A DNA stretch of 64,000 bases, from positions 65,562,411 through 65,626,410 of the forward strand of contig NC_068984.1 in NCBI RefSeq assembly GCF_001194135.2, read 5' to 3'. This document shows, in pieces, positions 39,261-49,985 of the stretch. The notes beneath the pieces were generated by a model, which searched no databases, was not told where the DNA came from, and was given only the letters and a program-made list of their open reading frames with translations. How positions within the stretch are numbered: position 1 is the stretch's first letter; each line of letters opens with the position of its first letter. Source of the DNA: Octopus bimaculoides (lineage: Eukaryota). The position numbers and the translations under genes are program-made.

Positions 39261-40199
39261 ACACACACACATACACACACACACACACACACACATACAC
39301 ACAGAGACAGAACAAAAGCTATGTACAAGAACAATTCATGGTGATTGTCAGTCCTAAGGCAACGCTAGGTACAATTTATGAATAAACGGATAAAACTGTT
39401 CTTGAAGTGAACCATGAGACTCAAGAAATCCCGCTCCAAACACAACTGGTAAGGAGACGGAGAGTCACCACAGCAGCAAATATGACAGTGAAAATAACTG
39501 ACCAGGAGATTTCCCCATTGATATATAAGGATGGTGATCAAGCTGAGGCTAAAGAAGATAAGACTTCTTAGGAAATATGGAAAATGATGCAATGAAAATT
39601 TCAAAAATTAATAAAAGCAAGTTCAAGAATACCATCTGTAAAAAAGAGAAAGCCTCTGCTGAGAAAGGACTCATCTCTTATGAAGAAAGGTCTATAATTT
39701 GTAAGGAAAAAAACCAACCTCCATTCAAATTGAAATGCAATTCACAACCATTTGCAACACTTAAACATCTAATAAGTTACTAATATGAAATAAAGAGCAT
39801 GGGAAAGAAAGGGACTTAGTAGACATTTTAGTCATGCATTGTGAGGTATTACTTGTCATATATTAACTCGCCCACTGTAACTTGAGAGGTCCTCACAGAC
39901 TATTCTGGATTATCCAACTATGAACTTTACAGAAGCTTGTAGAGGAGGTCAAGGAATGTGGGATATCCTGATCAAAGCAGGTGGACATTTAAATTTCATA
40001 TAGATATATTTTAATTATTGTGTGTTTTGTTATAATTGTATAATTTATTTTGCATGAATATTCATGTTGCTTACAAAATTTTAGTTCATTCTCTTTGTAT
40101 AACATATCTTTCCTATCCCATACACTATTGTAAGACCTCTGTTCAACATCCTTTAAAATTCGTAGTATTTCCTTGAGCCTTGTGACTAATAAAGAAACT

Positions 40200-40249
40200 T
40201 ACTACTACTACTACTACCATTATTATCATTATTATTATTATTATTATAA

Positions 40250-40311
<62 letters not shown>

Positions 40312-40323
40312 CATCATCATTAT
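40200..40323. repeat. (TAC)/(TAT)/(CAT) compound microsatellite
   Basis: Direct reading. Confidence 0.95.
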
Positions 40324-40545
40324 TAAGGTGGTGAGCTGGCAGAATCATTAACATGCCATATGAAATGCTTGGCAGCATTTCGCCCATTGCTACATTCTGA
40401 GTTCAAGTTCTACTGAAGTCAACTTTACCTTTCATCTTTTTGGGGTTGATAAAACAAGTACCTGTTAAATACTGGGATCAATGTAATCGACTCATCCCCA
40501 CCACAAAGAAAAATTACTGCCTTGTGACCAAATTTGAAACTATTA
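40324..40545 (+). mobile_element. SINE family A
   Basis: aaggtggtgagctggcagaatc...gagttcaagttc...cctttcatctttttggggttgataaaacaagtacc. Confidence 0.85.
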
Positions 40546-40554
40546 TTTTCATTA

Positions 40555-40800
40555 TTATTCAGAAGTCATATTTTTATCATGTGCATTCATTGCACTACTG
40601 AACACAGCTCTGTGTGCCTTGGGTATGTGCTGTGGTTTGTTGTGGTGTTCTTATTTTCACTGTATTGAAAGTGCTTTACGTAGGATGTGTGCAGTGCCTA
40701 GTAGTGCTGTTTTCTGCATGTTAAATACACTTGTAAGTCCTAGGGTTTTGGTTAGGTATTTGGGTGAATGTTGTTTTATCATACCTAATGCACCTACAAG
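40555..40800 (-). mobile_element. 3' end of an REL-endonuclease non-LTR element (R4/Dong-like)
   Basis: The minus strand reads LVGALGMIKQHSPKYLTKTLGLTSVFNMQKTALLGTAHILRKALSIQ*, then a short 3' UTR ending in ctgaataataa. Confidence 0.75.
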
Positions 40801-40969
40801 GTTAAATAATAATAATTCTTTAAAATGTATAATAGGATATATTTATGTTTTTAGGCTTCACATTCGAGTTACCTCTATTTCTAGATCTTTGTATTTAGAA
40901 AGTTGTTGTTGTTGTTCATCTTTTTCTTTTTCTTCTTCTTCTTCTCCACCTTGTCATTATTATTATTAT

Positions 40970-41175
40970 TAAGGTGGTAAGCTGGAAGGATTGTTAGAAT
41001 ATCAGAAAAACATACTTTGAGGCATTTGTTTTGACATTTTACATATAGAGTTCAGATGTTGCCAAGATCAACTTTGCCTTTAAACCTGCCAGGGTCAATA
41101 GAGTAAAGGATCAGCCAAGCACTAAGGTTAATTTAATCAACTAATCATCTCTACCTCTTTTGGCCTTGTACCAGC
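40970..41175 (+). mobile_element. SINE family A (degenerate; another degenerate copy follows to about 41370)
   Basis: aaggtggtaagctggaaggattgttag...gagttcagatg...caactttgcctttaaacc...gggtcaatag. Confidence 0.65.
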
Positions 41176-42700
41176 ATTTTAAAGAATTATTATTACAATT
41201 GTTTAGCAGAGTTGTGAGAATTGTCATACAAATCTCCTTGGGGCATTTAGTTAAGGCACTTTATATACTGAATTCAAATCTATAGTATCAGTAAAGTACT
41301 GAGGTCAACGTACGTGATTCATCCTACTTCCCTAAAGGTTGCTGGCCTTGTGTCAAAATTACAAAGGAACATAATTATTATTTTAAAAAGTGAGATAGAA
41401 CATCAGACAACTTATCTCAGATGTCAAATACTACCAAGTTTGTTTTTATAACATCAAGTCAATAAATAAAAATCCTCGTCAACAGCTGAAATTGATTCAC
41501 CAAATGTAAGACTTGTGCCTCTTCAAGAAATCATTATCAGTAACTTAAATACATTATTATACATGTTTAGTTTTTACCTTCCTAACATCAAACATCTTTC
41601 TTCTATATTACATTGGTGAAAAATATAAATACTTTAAATGACTATGTCTTTAAATATCAAAAGATAATTACTTAATACTTCAGAGAATTTTGTTTAACTC
41701 TGTAAATCATAACAGATTGCAAGCTTTCTGAAAATTTATAAAATTTTAAATTCATATTGAATCAAATCAGAATATCAAAAATTGAGGATAAATGACTACT
41801 CTCTAAATTTTTGTAAACTTGTATAATATTAATGGTATGACAATGTTAGTTGTGATTTTTTTAAGGTACTTCATCTTTTAATATAGAATTATATTCTTTA
41901 CTGTTAATAAAAGCTTTTAAAATATCATCATTTTGTTCACTTTTTTAAACATCATTTCAAACATAAGTTATTCATCAGCTTACTGAGTTTGTGACGAATC
42001 TCTTCAATAAGCTTTTTAACAATTGTAATGGCAACTAAGAATGCTGGCAAGTCTGGAATAATGGTGGTGCAACTTTTCTCAGTCTATTTTCTCTTTTGTT
42101 TTGGTAAAATACAATTCTCTTGAATTGCTTAGTCTAGAATCATGTTAATAAATAAAAAGAGAAATTTATTAGAAATTTGAATTCCTGTCAAGAATATATG
42201 CAAGAATAAGTATAAAACCCTTATGTTTTCCTATTCTATTTCAGAACATGTGTGCCAAATCAATTTATCAATTCAGTAATGGAATAATATTTTGCCAACC
42301 TATTGCATTTGTAACATTTGCAACATTGCCACTTCTGTAAATTGACCTATTCAGTGGCTACAAGTGGTGTTAATATCTCTAAAGATATTTCCTATTACAT
42401 TTAATGTGAATAAAATCCCCTCTTTTTAGAACATTCCTGAAATTGTTCCATCTCTGAGGATATTATCCAAGAATTTCTCCAAGTACTTTGGGTTATAAAC
42501 TGGATTAGTGTCTAAAAACCCAAAAGACACTGTCATTGTCAATAAATTTGCAAATAAAAATCTAAATTAATATTTCAATATTTCATTTCTATATGTAATG
42601 AGTATACTCTACTGCTTAGAAATGACAGCTTCTATTCTTTTGACAACTATTGAATAGTTTAAATATAGAGATTAGGAATTTAACAATTTAAAATCCAATA

Positions 42701-42893
42701 CTGTAATCCTTCACCATATCGTGGTTTACCTATCATGGGTCACCTATCGTGGTTTATTATTTAAGCCTACATCGATTCATCCATGGTGTTGTTCTGCATT
42801 AATAATAAATTAAATATATGCAAATTATAAGAATAATAAAAAAAATACACGTGGGGGGGGGACGTAACATCCGTGATAATCGAGGGATTACTG
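42701..42893. mobile_element. Tigger-like MITE (193 bp)
   Basis: TA|CTGTAATCCTTCACCATATCG...GATAATCGAGGGATTACTG|TA: TA flanks and an imperfect CAGTAATCCCTCG-type TIR. Confidence 0.75.
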
Positions 42894-45169
42894 TAGCAAC
42901 AAAATATGCTTGAAATTTATGTTCTAAATGTAGTTCAAGAAAGTTACTTATATAATAAAACTAATTATTACATGAAATCTGAAGAAGATTTAACCATATT
43001 GACATGTCTTTCAGGAAATGCTAGTTCATTCTTAACTCATGATAATTTTAGTAACTATAGGTTTAAATTTTCATAGCATATTCATCCTAAGTCCATATAT
43101 AGCAAGGCTTTCCACAAACAAACATTATTGGTGCTCAACTAAGAAGATGATGCTACTTTGACTCGATCAAGTGGATTTGCAAAAGGTTACAAATTTGAAA
43201 GGAAATTATATAACTAATTTAATCAAACTCAGTACATTACAAGAGGTTGTATTGCTTCAAGAGATTTTAAAGACAGAGTTAACTGGTATCATTGAAATTC
43301 ACCTTATAGGATTGAGTCAAATGCTTTGCTGTTCAACCTATCCACCATCAGTGAAATTAATTTTATTTACCATTGAATTAAATCACTTAAAAAACTGGAT
43401 TTTAAGAGAGCCTAATAAGAACTAATCACTACCAAAAATGTCCCCAGTTATGTCGTACAATATTCCTCCACTCTCATAAAGGCACAGTAATTTTAGGTGT
43501 AACATGAAACATTTTGAAGTCTTTTTTACTTATTTTCATAGGCATATCATTTTATGATAACTCTAAAAAGGAGCTGGAAACAAAGAGTGTCAGTGAAAAG
43601 TCTAAACGGAGGAAGAATTGGCTGTTTATGATTACAAAAATAACATCTGTTGGAGAGGAAAACTAATGTCAATCATAAAAAGGACAAGGAGATAAGTAGA
43701 ATACATCTACAAGGGAAAATGATTTGATTCAAGAAATAGTGATTATTCAAAGAGACTTGGCTGAAAAATTTAGAATTTTAAGTTTAACTATATGGCATAA
43801 TGCTAACAAATTTCATAACTGACTATATAGTTAAAAGGCTCACACTTAATTGAGTTTTAGCATGTGATTAAAGGAAAAAATCTATAATGTAAGTTTAAAA
43901 ATTTATTTTTATTCAAATTTTCCACTTCGTAATGAATTCTTTTAACAACTACATATAATTGAAAAACATAAAAATCTATATGAAAATATTTACCAATTGT
44001 TCCAGTAAACACATTTTAAAACAGGTAGAATTTAAACATAAAGCAAACAAAAGAATTATATAGAAAAACAAGGATTACAGTCCTCAAATATGATTAAAAC
44101 AATACATATGTTTTAATCAAAAATTTTATTTTTGTTTCATTATTCAGACACTGCCTTCAGCTAGTACTAGCTCTAATCATTTATGAATCCTAAATAGACA
44201 AAACAAGATCAATTTTATAGAAGTCATGAATTCTAATGACCAATTTGCTTTATAAAAATAAGAACCATATAGCTAATCAATAGAAATCAATTATCAGGAA
44301 TCTCATCAAGTTAGTTCAACAAAGTGAGACAGAACCAATTCTTACATGTTTAACTATCTTACAAAATATTAAGCAAGTAAGCTTCAGATATTGTAATAGA
44401 AGTAACATTTTCTTTTGTCAATAATAGTGGTGTAAACATTTACAGGTAGTTACAAGATCAACAAAAAAATAAAAAATAAAAAAGCTACTGTAACTATAAC
44501 TAACCAATCACCTTTATGATAAGTAGCTCTTATCAATCTGTAAATGAATATAGATTATCTAAGATGCCGGTATTTACAGATTAATCAACTACATAAATAA
44601 GAAGAAAAAAAATCATCAATTCAGTAGAGCAAATCATTTAAGTAAGAATATATTAGAATTTAAAATGCAGCACCATGTTATATCACTTGTTAATTTGTTA
44701 ATATACGTTTCAAATACTATATTTTATATTTTTGAAACGTTTTGGTGAGTATGTGTATTTCTACAAGGAAAATTACCTTTTACCACAACACACACACACA
44801 CAAACAGACACACAATATATGTGTCTATAAATATACATGCACACAATATAGATAAATGTACATGCACACATATACACACAAACATATGCATGAGTGCTAG
44901 TGTGTGTAATAGATAGATAAATAGATAATAAGATATGTCTACATATGCATACAAATGTGTGCATCTGTATGTATGCATGTATAAAACGTCTGATTTATTA
45001 CACAAATATTCCATGTGTCAGACAGATAAACAAGTCATTCCAGACACAGAGACCTTGTGTATGCAAATATTAAAATCGTTTCATCTAGCTTTCTAGTTAA
45101 AAGTACGTAACCAACATATCTGTGTTTAGTAATATTATCATTCTCAATCAATTGTAATACTATTAAGAA

Positions 45170-45333
45170 TAGGCATGGTTATGAGTACAGGTGTGGCTGG
45201 GAAATGTGCTTCCCAACCACATGGTTTCTAGTTCAGTCTGACTGTGTGATACTTTAGCCAAGTATTTTCTACTATAGCCCCATTCAACTAAACCTTTGTG
45301 AGTGGATTTCATACATGGAAACTGAAAGAAGCC

Positions 45334-45336
<3 letters not shown>
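45170..45336 (+). mobile_element. tRNA-SINE family B head
   Basis: cttcccaaccacatggtttctagttcagtc...ctactatagccc...ttgtgagtggatttc...ggaaactgaaagaagccc, then (TA)n. Confidence 0.8.
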
Positions 45337-45392
<56 letters not shown>

Positions 45393-45557
45393 CATATATG
45401 GCCACTCTAGGTGTTGTGCTTTGAAACGCAATTTTATCATAGTATTTTAATTATATTTAAGGCAAATTTTGACATACTTAATAACTGATCTATGTTCTTT
45501 AATAATTTCCTACTTATTTCACACAGAAAACATTCCTAAGCAAAGGTGCCCTTAATT

Positions 45558-46563
45558 ATGAACTTGACAAAAAAGGACCTCCACTTACTTTTCTTGCATG
45601 AGTTCAAGCTTGGACACGATGCCTCCCAAGCTGCTGCTAATATCAACAGAGCCTGGGGAGACGGGTCCACAAGTGATCACACAGTACTAAGGTGGTTTCA
45701 GAAATTCTGTAGTGGTGATGAGAGCCTTCAGGATGAAGAAGGTAGAGGACGGTCATGCAGTCTTGACAATGAACAACTATGAACAAAACCCACATCAAAG
45801 TGTCAGAGAAATGTCTCAGGCACTTGGTGTCAGTATTGCAACAGTTTCATGCAATCAGAAGAAGATTGGTAAGGTGAAAAAGCTCAATAAATGAGTACCA
45901 CACGAGCTCAATGAAAATCAAAAAGTTAGGCATTTTGAAGTTTGCTCAATGCTCTTCCTGCAAAACACCAGTGATCCTTTTCTTGACCAAATAGTCACTT
46001 GTGAGGAAAAGTGGATCCTTTATGATAACCATAAATGACCAGATCACTCGCTTGATCGTGATGAGTCACCCAAACATTTCCCAAAGCCAAAGTTGCATCA
46101 GCAAAAGATTATGGTGACCATCTAGTGGTCTGCAATTGGTGTTGTCCATTACAGCTTTCTGGAAGCCACTCAGAGCATTACAGCAGAAGTTTATTGCAAT
46201 AAATTCAATGAAATGCATGCTCACTTGCAAAAAATGAGAGCTGCATTGGTAAATCAGTGTGGCCCAATTTTACTCCATGATAATGCAAAGCCACATGTTG
46301 CAAGAAGGATGCTGAAGAATTGAGATACAAGACTTTACCACATCCTTCATATTCTCCTGATCTTTCACCCACCGACTACCATTTTTTTAAAACAATTAAA
46401 CACGTTTTTAAGTGATAAAACTTTCAGGCCCAAACCAGAGGTGGAATCAGCTTTCAAAGATTTCTTAGCATCAAAGCTAATAAGTTTTTGTCGACAAGGA
46501 ATAAATAATCTCGTTGATCGATGGCAGAGATGCATAGATGTTCACAGCTCATATTTTGACTAA
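45558..46563 (+). pseudogene. Mariner transposase (Hsmar1/SETMAR-like DD34D), near full length, inactivated
   Basis: ATG at 45558 gives MNLTKKDLHLLFLHEFKLGH...TVLRWFQKFCSGDESLQDEEGRGRS. After a frameshift: KK LNK*VPHELNENQ, IVTCEEKWILYDN, LLHDNAKPH, YSPDLSPTDYHFF, ...LVDRWQRCIDVHSSYFD* (TAA 46561-46563). Several stops and at least two frameshifts. No TIRs recognised. Confidence 0.93.
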
Positions 46564-48834
46564 TCAAAACATTTTTATTGTTAATTTTGGCCACAGCTGG
46601 AGTTGTTCAAGAGGAAATGGCTCTTCTTTTTCTCTTAGAAAGGGCTTTTTATATTTTGGTGCTTTTCTTTCCCACTACACTGACCAAGACTATATATTTA
46701 ACCTCCATTAGCAATGAGGTAAAAAAAAGTTTTTTTGAATGGTTTCCCTGGGATAAAGTATTACAGTTAGTGATGTTCCACATTAGTATATAAATTTAAA
46801 TGCTACGCATACCAGTATATATGTGTACGTGAACACACACACACACACACACACATTCCAGAACATTAATAAGACCCTTGCATATAAACACATGTAATAA
46901 AAAAAAAAGTAGGGTAAAGATATACCAAATAGACCATTTTGTGAAAGCCCACTTATTGTAAATATTGATATTTGTATATATTTGTATATAAGCAAAAAGT
47001 GTAAACAAAGATTCTAAAATTCCTTTAAACCAAACTACTATTAGTGGTTTTCTACAAAAGAACAGATAAACATAACAGATAAAATTATAAATTAAATCTA
47101 CACTTGATATGAAATAACCTTTGAAATAAAAAAAAATTCTGTTTATTGATTTCTTTAAAGGAATACTAAGTCAACTATTTCAGACATACAGGAATTTCTT
47201 TAATTGATTTTCCCACTAGTCTAATCCCATTGAGAACATTGCTAATATTTTACTTTCAAAAATGACCCTTTTTTGGTTTTTATTTTTGAGCAATATCAGA
47301 AGAATTTATCAGTTTACTCCATACTAAATAATACTATTCTTAAGTTTTTATCTATTTCTTATTATCAACCAATTTGCCAAAGTCAGCATTTTAGGATAAT
47401 ATCAATATTCACGAAGACTGTTTTCTTTATTAAAGGAGACAGCATGGAGAAGGCATGAGACTTCAGTTTACCAAGAGTGTTTCTTTTTCAGATACATGGA
47501 TACAGACAGACAGATTCACATTCACACACACATTCACAAACTTACTACAGCCAATATCTTATGCTGTGTGTTTGCATTTAGATCATTGCTATAGCTTCTA
47601 TTAGTTTCTAGTTTACACTAGCAGTATATTACTTCAGGTACAATAGGTTAAGTAAATGAATAGAAATAATTATTTACTCTGCTTCATTGATTTACATTTT
47701 TTATTTATTTCTCTTAGTTACTTGTTTAGCTTCTTAGTTTAGCTAATAGTTGCATACGAAAGGATAATTTCTAATTAAAATCATTAAGAAATTTAATTGA
47801 ATAAAAAAAAAAAAAATCAAAGTTTTCTAAAGAAATTCATCTAAGTGTCCTTTCCTACTCATGATTCTGCAATAGCACTTTGAATCATTCTACTTAGCAT
47901 ATCTTCACATTAATAAAAGCATTTCATATAAGTCAATATTTCCTGAGGTGGTGTGAATTGATCTGTTAATATTTATACAAGAGTTGTTAGATTATGTGTA
48001 CACACATACACACATGACAACTAATGAATGGAATGTCCTGCAGCAGAAATTCTATGTGTGTTTTGTGTGTGCATATGTATGTGTAATATATTCATTCTAT
48101 TTGCTTAGGCTTCAGATCAAATCCATAAGTAATTTCAAATAAAATACTGAGAATTTGACCATTTAAGTCTTATTTTTCATCTCAAATGTGAAATTTAAAA
48201 AAGAATTCAAGCAACTGTTTGGAACCAATATCAATTTTCTGCTGTATTTTTATTTCTGGTCATGTGAAATTGATCAGCTATGTTTTCTATATTTTTAATG
48301 TTTTTATGCTGTTAGTTTCAAGCTTCTTCAAAATTTTAATTTACAACAATAAATCCATACTGCTGAGGAATGAATTCTTAAGAGTGTGCTCAGTATTAGC
48401 TTCACTATCACATCCGTATTTATATACAAAATTTCAGAAAAATCTTTTTACTTTATTCTTTAGAGATTAACACAGATTTTCAGGATTATAGCCTTATGCT
48501 AAAAAATTAAATTTTATGTCATTTTCATTTATGGTCATTTAACATTTTTTTTTTTTTATCATACATGAAGTTTCAATTTATCAAAAATTTTCATTCTTCC
48601 ACTAATTTATTTCTGTAGCCTACAAAATATTTTTGTTCTTCAAATATCTGTGACTTTCAAGTAATTCTTGAAACTTCAAATTATTTTCAATCAGTAAAAA
48701 TGCATAATAATGTATTTAAGAATTGACTCTTAATAACATTGCAAGTCTGTGAGAAAGTTATAGATCATTAACATTTTTTTTCAACTGTTGAATGAAAGTT
48801 GGCTGAGTATTATACAAAACAGGTATTGAAAAAA

Positions 48835-49025
48835 TCAGAGTTTAGGTGTCAGAATTGTTAGTGTATCAGACAAAATATTTTAAGTTCTAAGATCAAGCCC
48901 TGCTGAGGCTAATCTTTCATCCTTTATGGGTTGATAAAATAAAGTACTAGTAAAGTACCAGGATAAGTTTATTCAATTAACCCCGCTTCCCATAAATTTC
49001 AAGCGTTGTGCTTATATTAGAAACA
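48835..49025 (+). mobile_element. SINE family A (degenerate)
   Basis: cagaattgttag...ctttcatcctttatgggttgataaaataaagtactag. Confidence 0.7.
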
Positions 49026-49135
49026 ATAACACAGATAATTTTCAAAAGTATGTTGGATGTTTGAGCAGCAAATTATTGAAGAGAAAATACATCATTTACA
49101 TTTGACAGAGATTTGTCCTCATCTTGTTTGTTGTT

Positions 49136-49181
49136 AACACAACGTTTCGTCTGATATACCCTCCAGCCTTCTTCAGGTGTC
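49136..49181 (-). ncRNA. Minimal type I hammerhead ribozyme motif
   Basis: GACAC-CTGAAGA-A-GGCTG-gagggtatat-CAGAC-GAAA-C-GTT-GTGTT. The CUGANGA and GAAA cores are intact, stem I pairs, stem II has one mismatch, and AACGTT is palindromic at stem III. Confidence 0.65.
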
Positions 49182-49228
49182 TTGGAGAAATTTCGAACCT
49201 GGGTTCTCATTCCTAAGGTATTTTTCGA

Positions 49229-49295
<67 letters not shown>

Positions 49296-49457
49296 NNNNN
49301 NNNNNNNNNNNNNNNNNNNNNNNNNNNNNNNNNNNNNNNNNNNNNNNNNNNNNNNNNNNNNNNNNNNNNNNNNNNNNNNNNNNNNNNNNNNNNNNNNNNN
49401 NNNNNNNNNNNNNNNNNNNNNNNNNNNNNNNNNNNNNNNNNNNNNNNNNNNNNNNNN

Positions 49458-49529
<72 letters not shown>

Positions 49530-49576
49530 TCGAAAAATACCTTAGGAATGAGAACCCAAGTTCGAAATTTCCCCAA

Positions 49577-49622
49577 GACACCTGATGAAGGCCGGAGGAT
49601 ATATCAGCCGAAATGCTGTGTT
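49577..49622 (+). ncRNA. Degenerate hammerhead motif (sister copy)
   Basis: GACAC-CTGATGA-A-GGCCG-gaggatatat-CAGCC-GAAA-T-GCT-GTGTT. The cleavage triplet is mutated (GCT), so it is probably inactive. Confidence 0.5.
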
Positions 49623-49799
49623 AACAACAAACAAGATGAGGACAAATATCCATCAAATGTAAATACTGTACAGAATTCCTCATCTCTTAAATATAGAACT
49701 GTAAGAGATAGTAGTTAGTTACTTCACAGGATAAGTTGAATTATTTCAGAAATGCTTCAGGTAAAATATAATCAAATGAGAATAGGATCTAAATGTTTC

Positions 49800-49985
49800 T
49801 AATTTAGGGCAGCGTCAACAACTTTGAAGCAAGTAATTCAGTGGATACCTTTAACCCAATACTTAACTAGTACAATATTTTAGCAACCCCAAAACAATAA
49901 GATGGAAACTTGACCTTGGTGGGATTTGAACTCAGAATGTAAAGAGCTGTAATTAAATACTACAAGACATTTTTGTCTGATTCCT
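49800..49985 (-). mobile_element. SINE family A (degenerate)
   Basis: gaccttggtgggatttgaactcagaatg plus the central-domain reverse complement. Confidence 0.65.

Larger units (their letters stand above)
49094..49664. mobile_element. Head-to-head pair of Penelope-like terminal repeats (137-bp arms 49094-49230 and 49528-49664) around (TTA)n, a gap and (TAA)n
   Basis: The arms are reverse complements with several substitutions, and each carries a hammerhead motif. The right copy continues to about 49710. Confidence 0.85.

Noticed and set aside
39340-39990. Exon-like, moderately GC-rich stretch (ETQEIPLQTQLVRRRR...); similar stretches at 25.3-25.7 and 38.95-39.2 kb
   Set aside because: They contain stops and weakly resemble RTE C-terminal motifs, so they are probably ancient LINE debris, too degraded to list as features.
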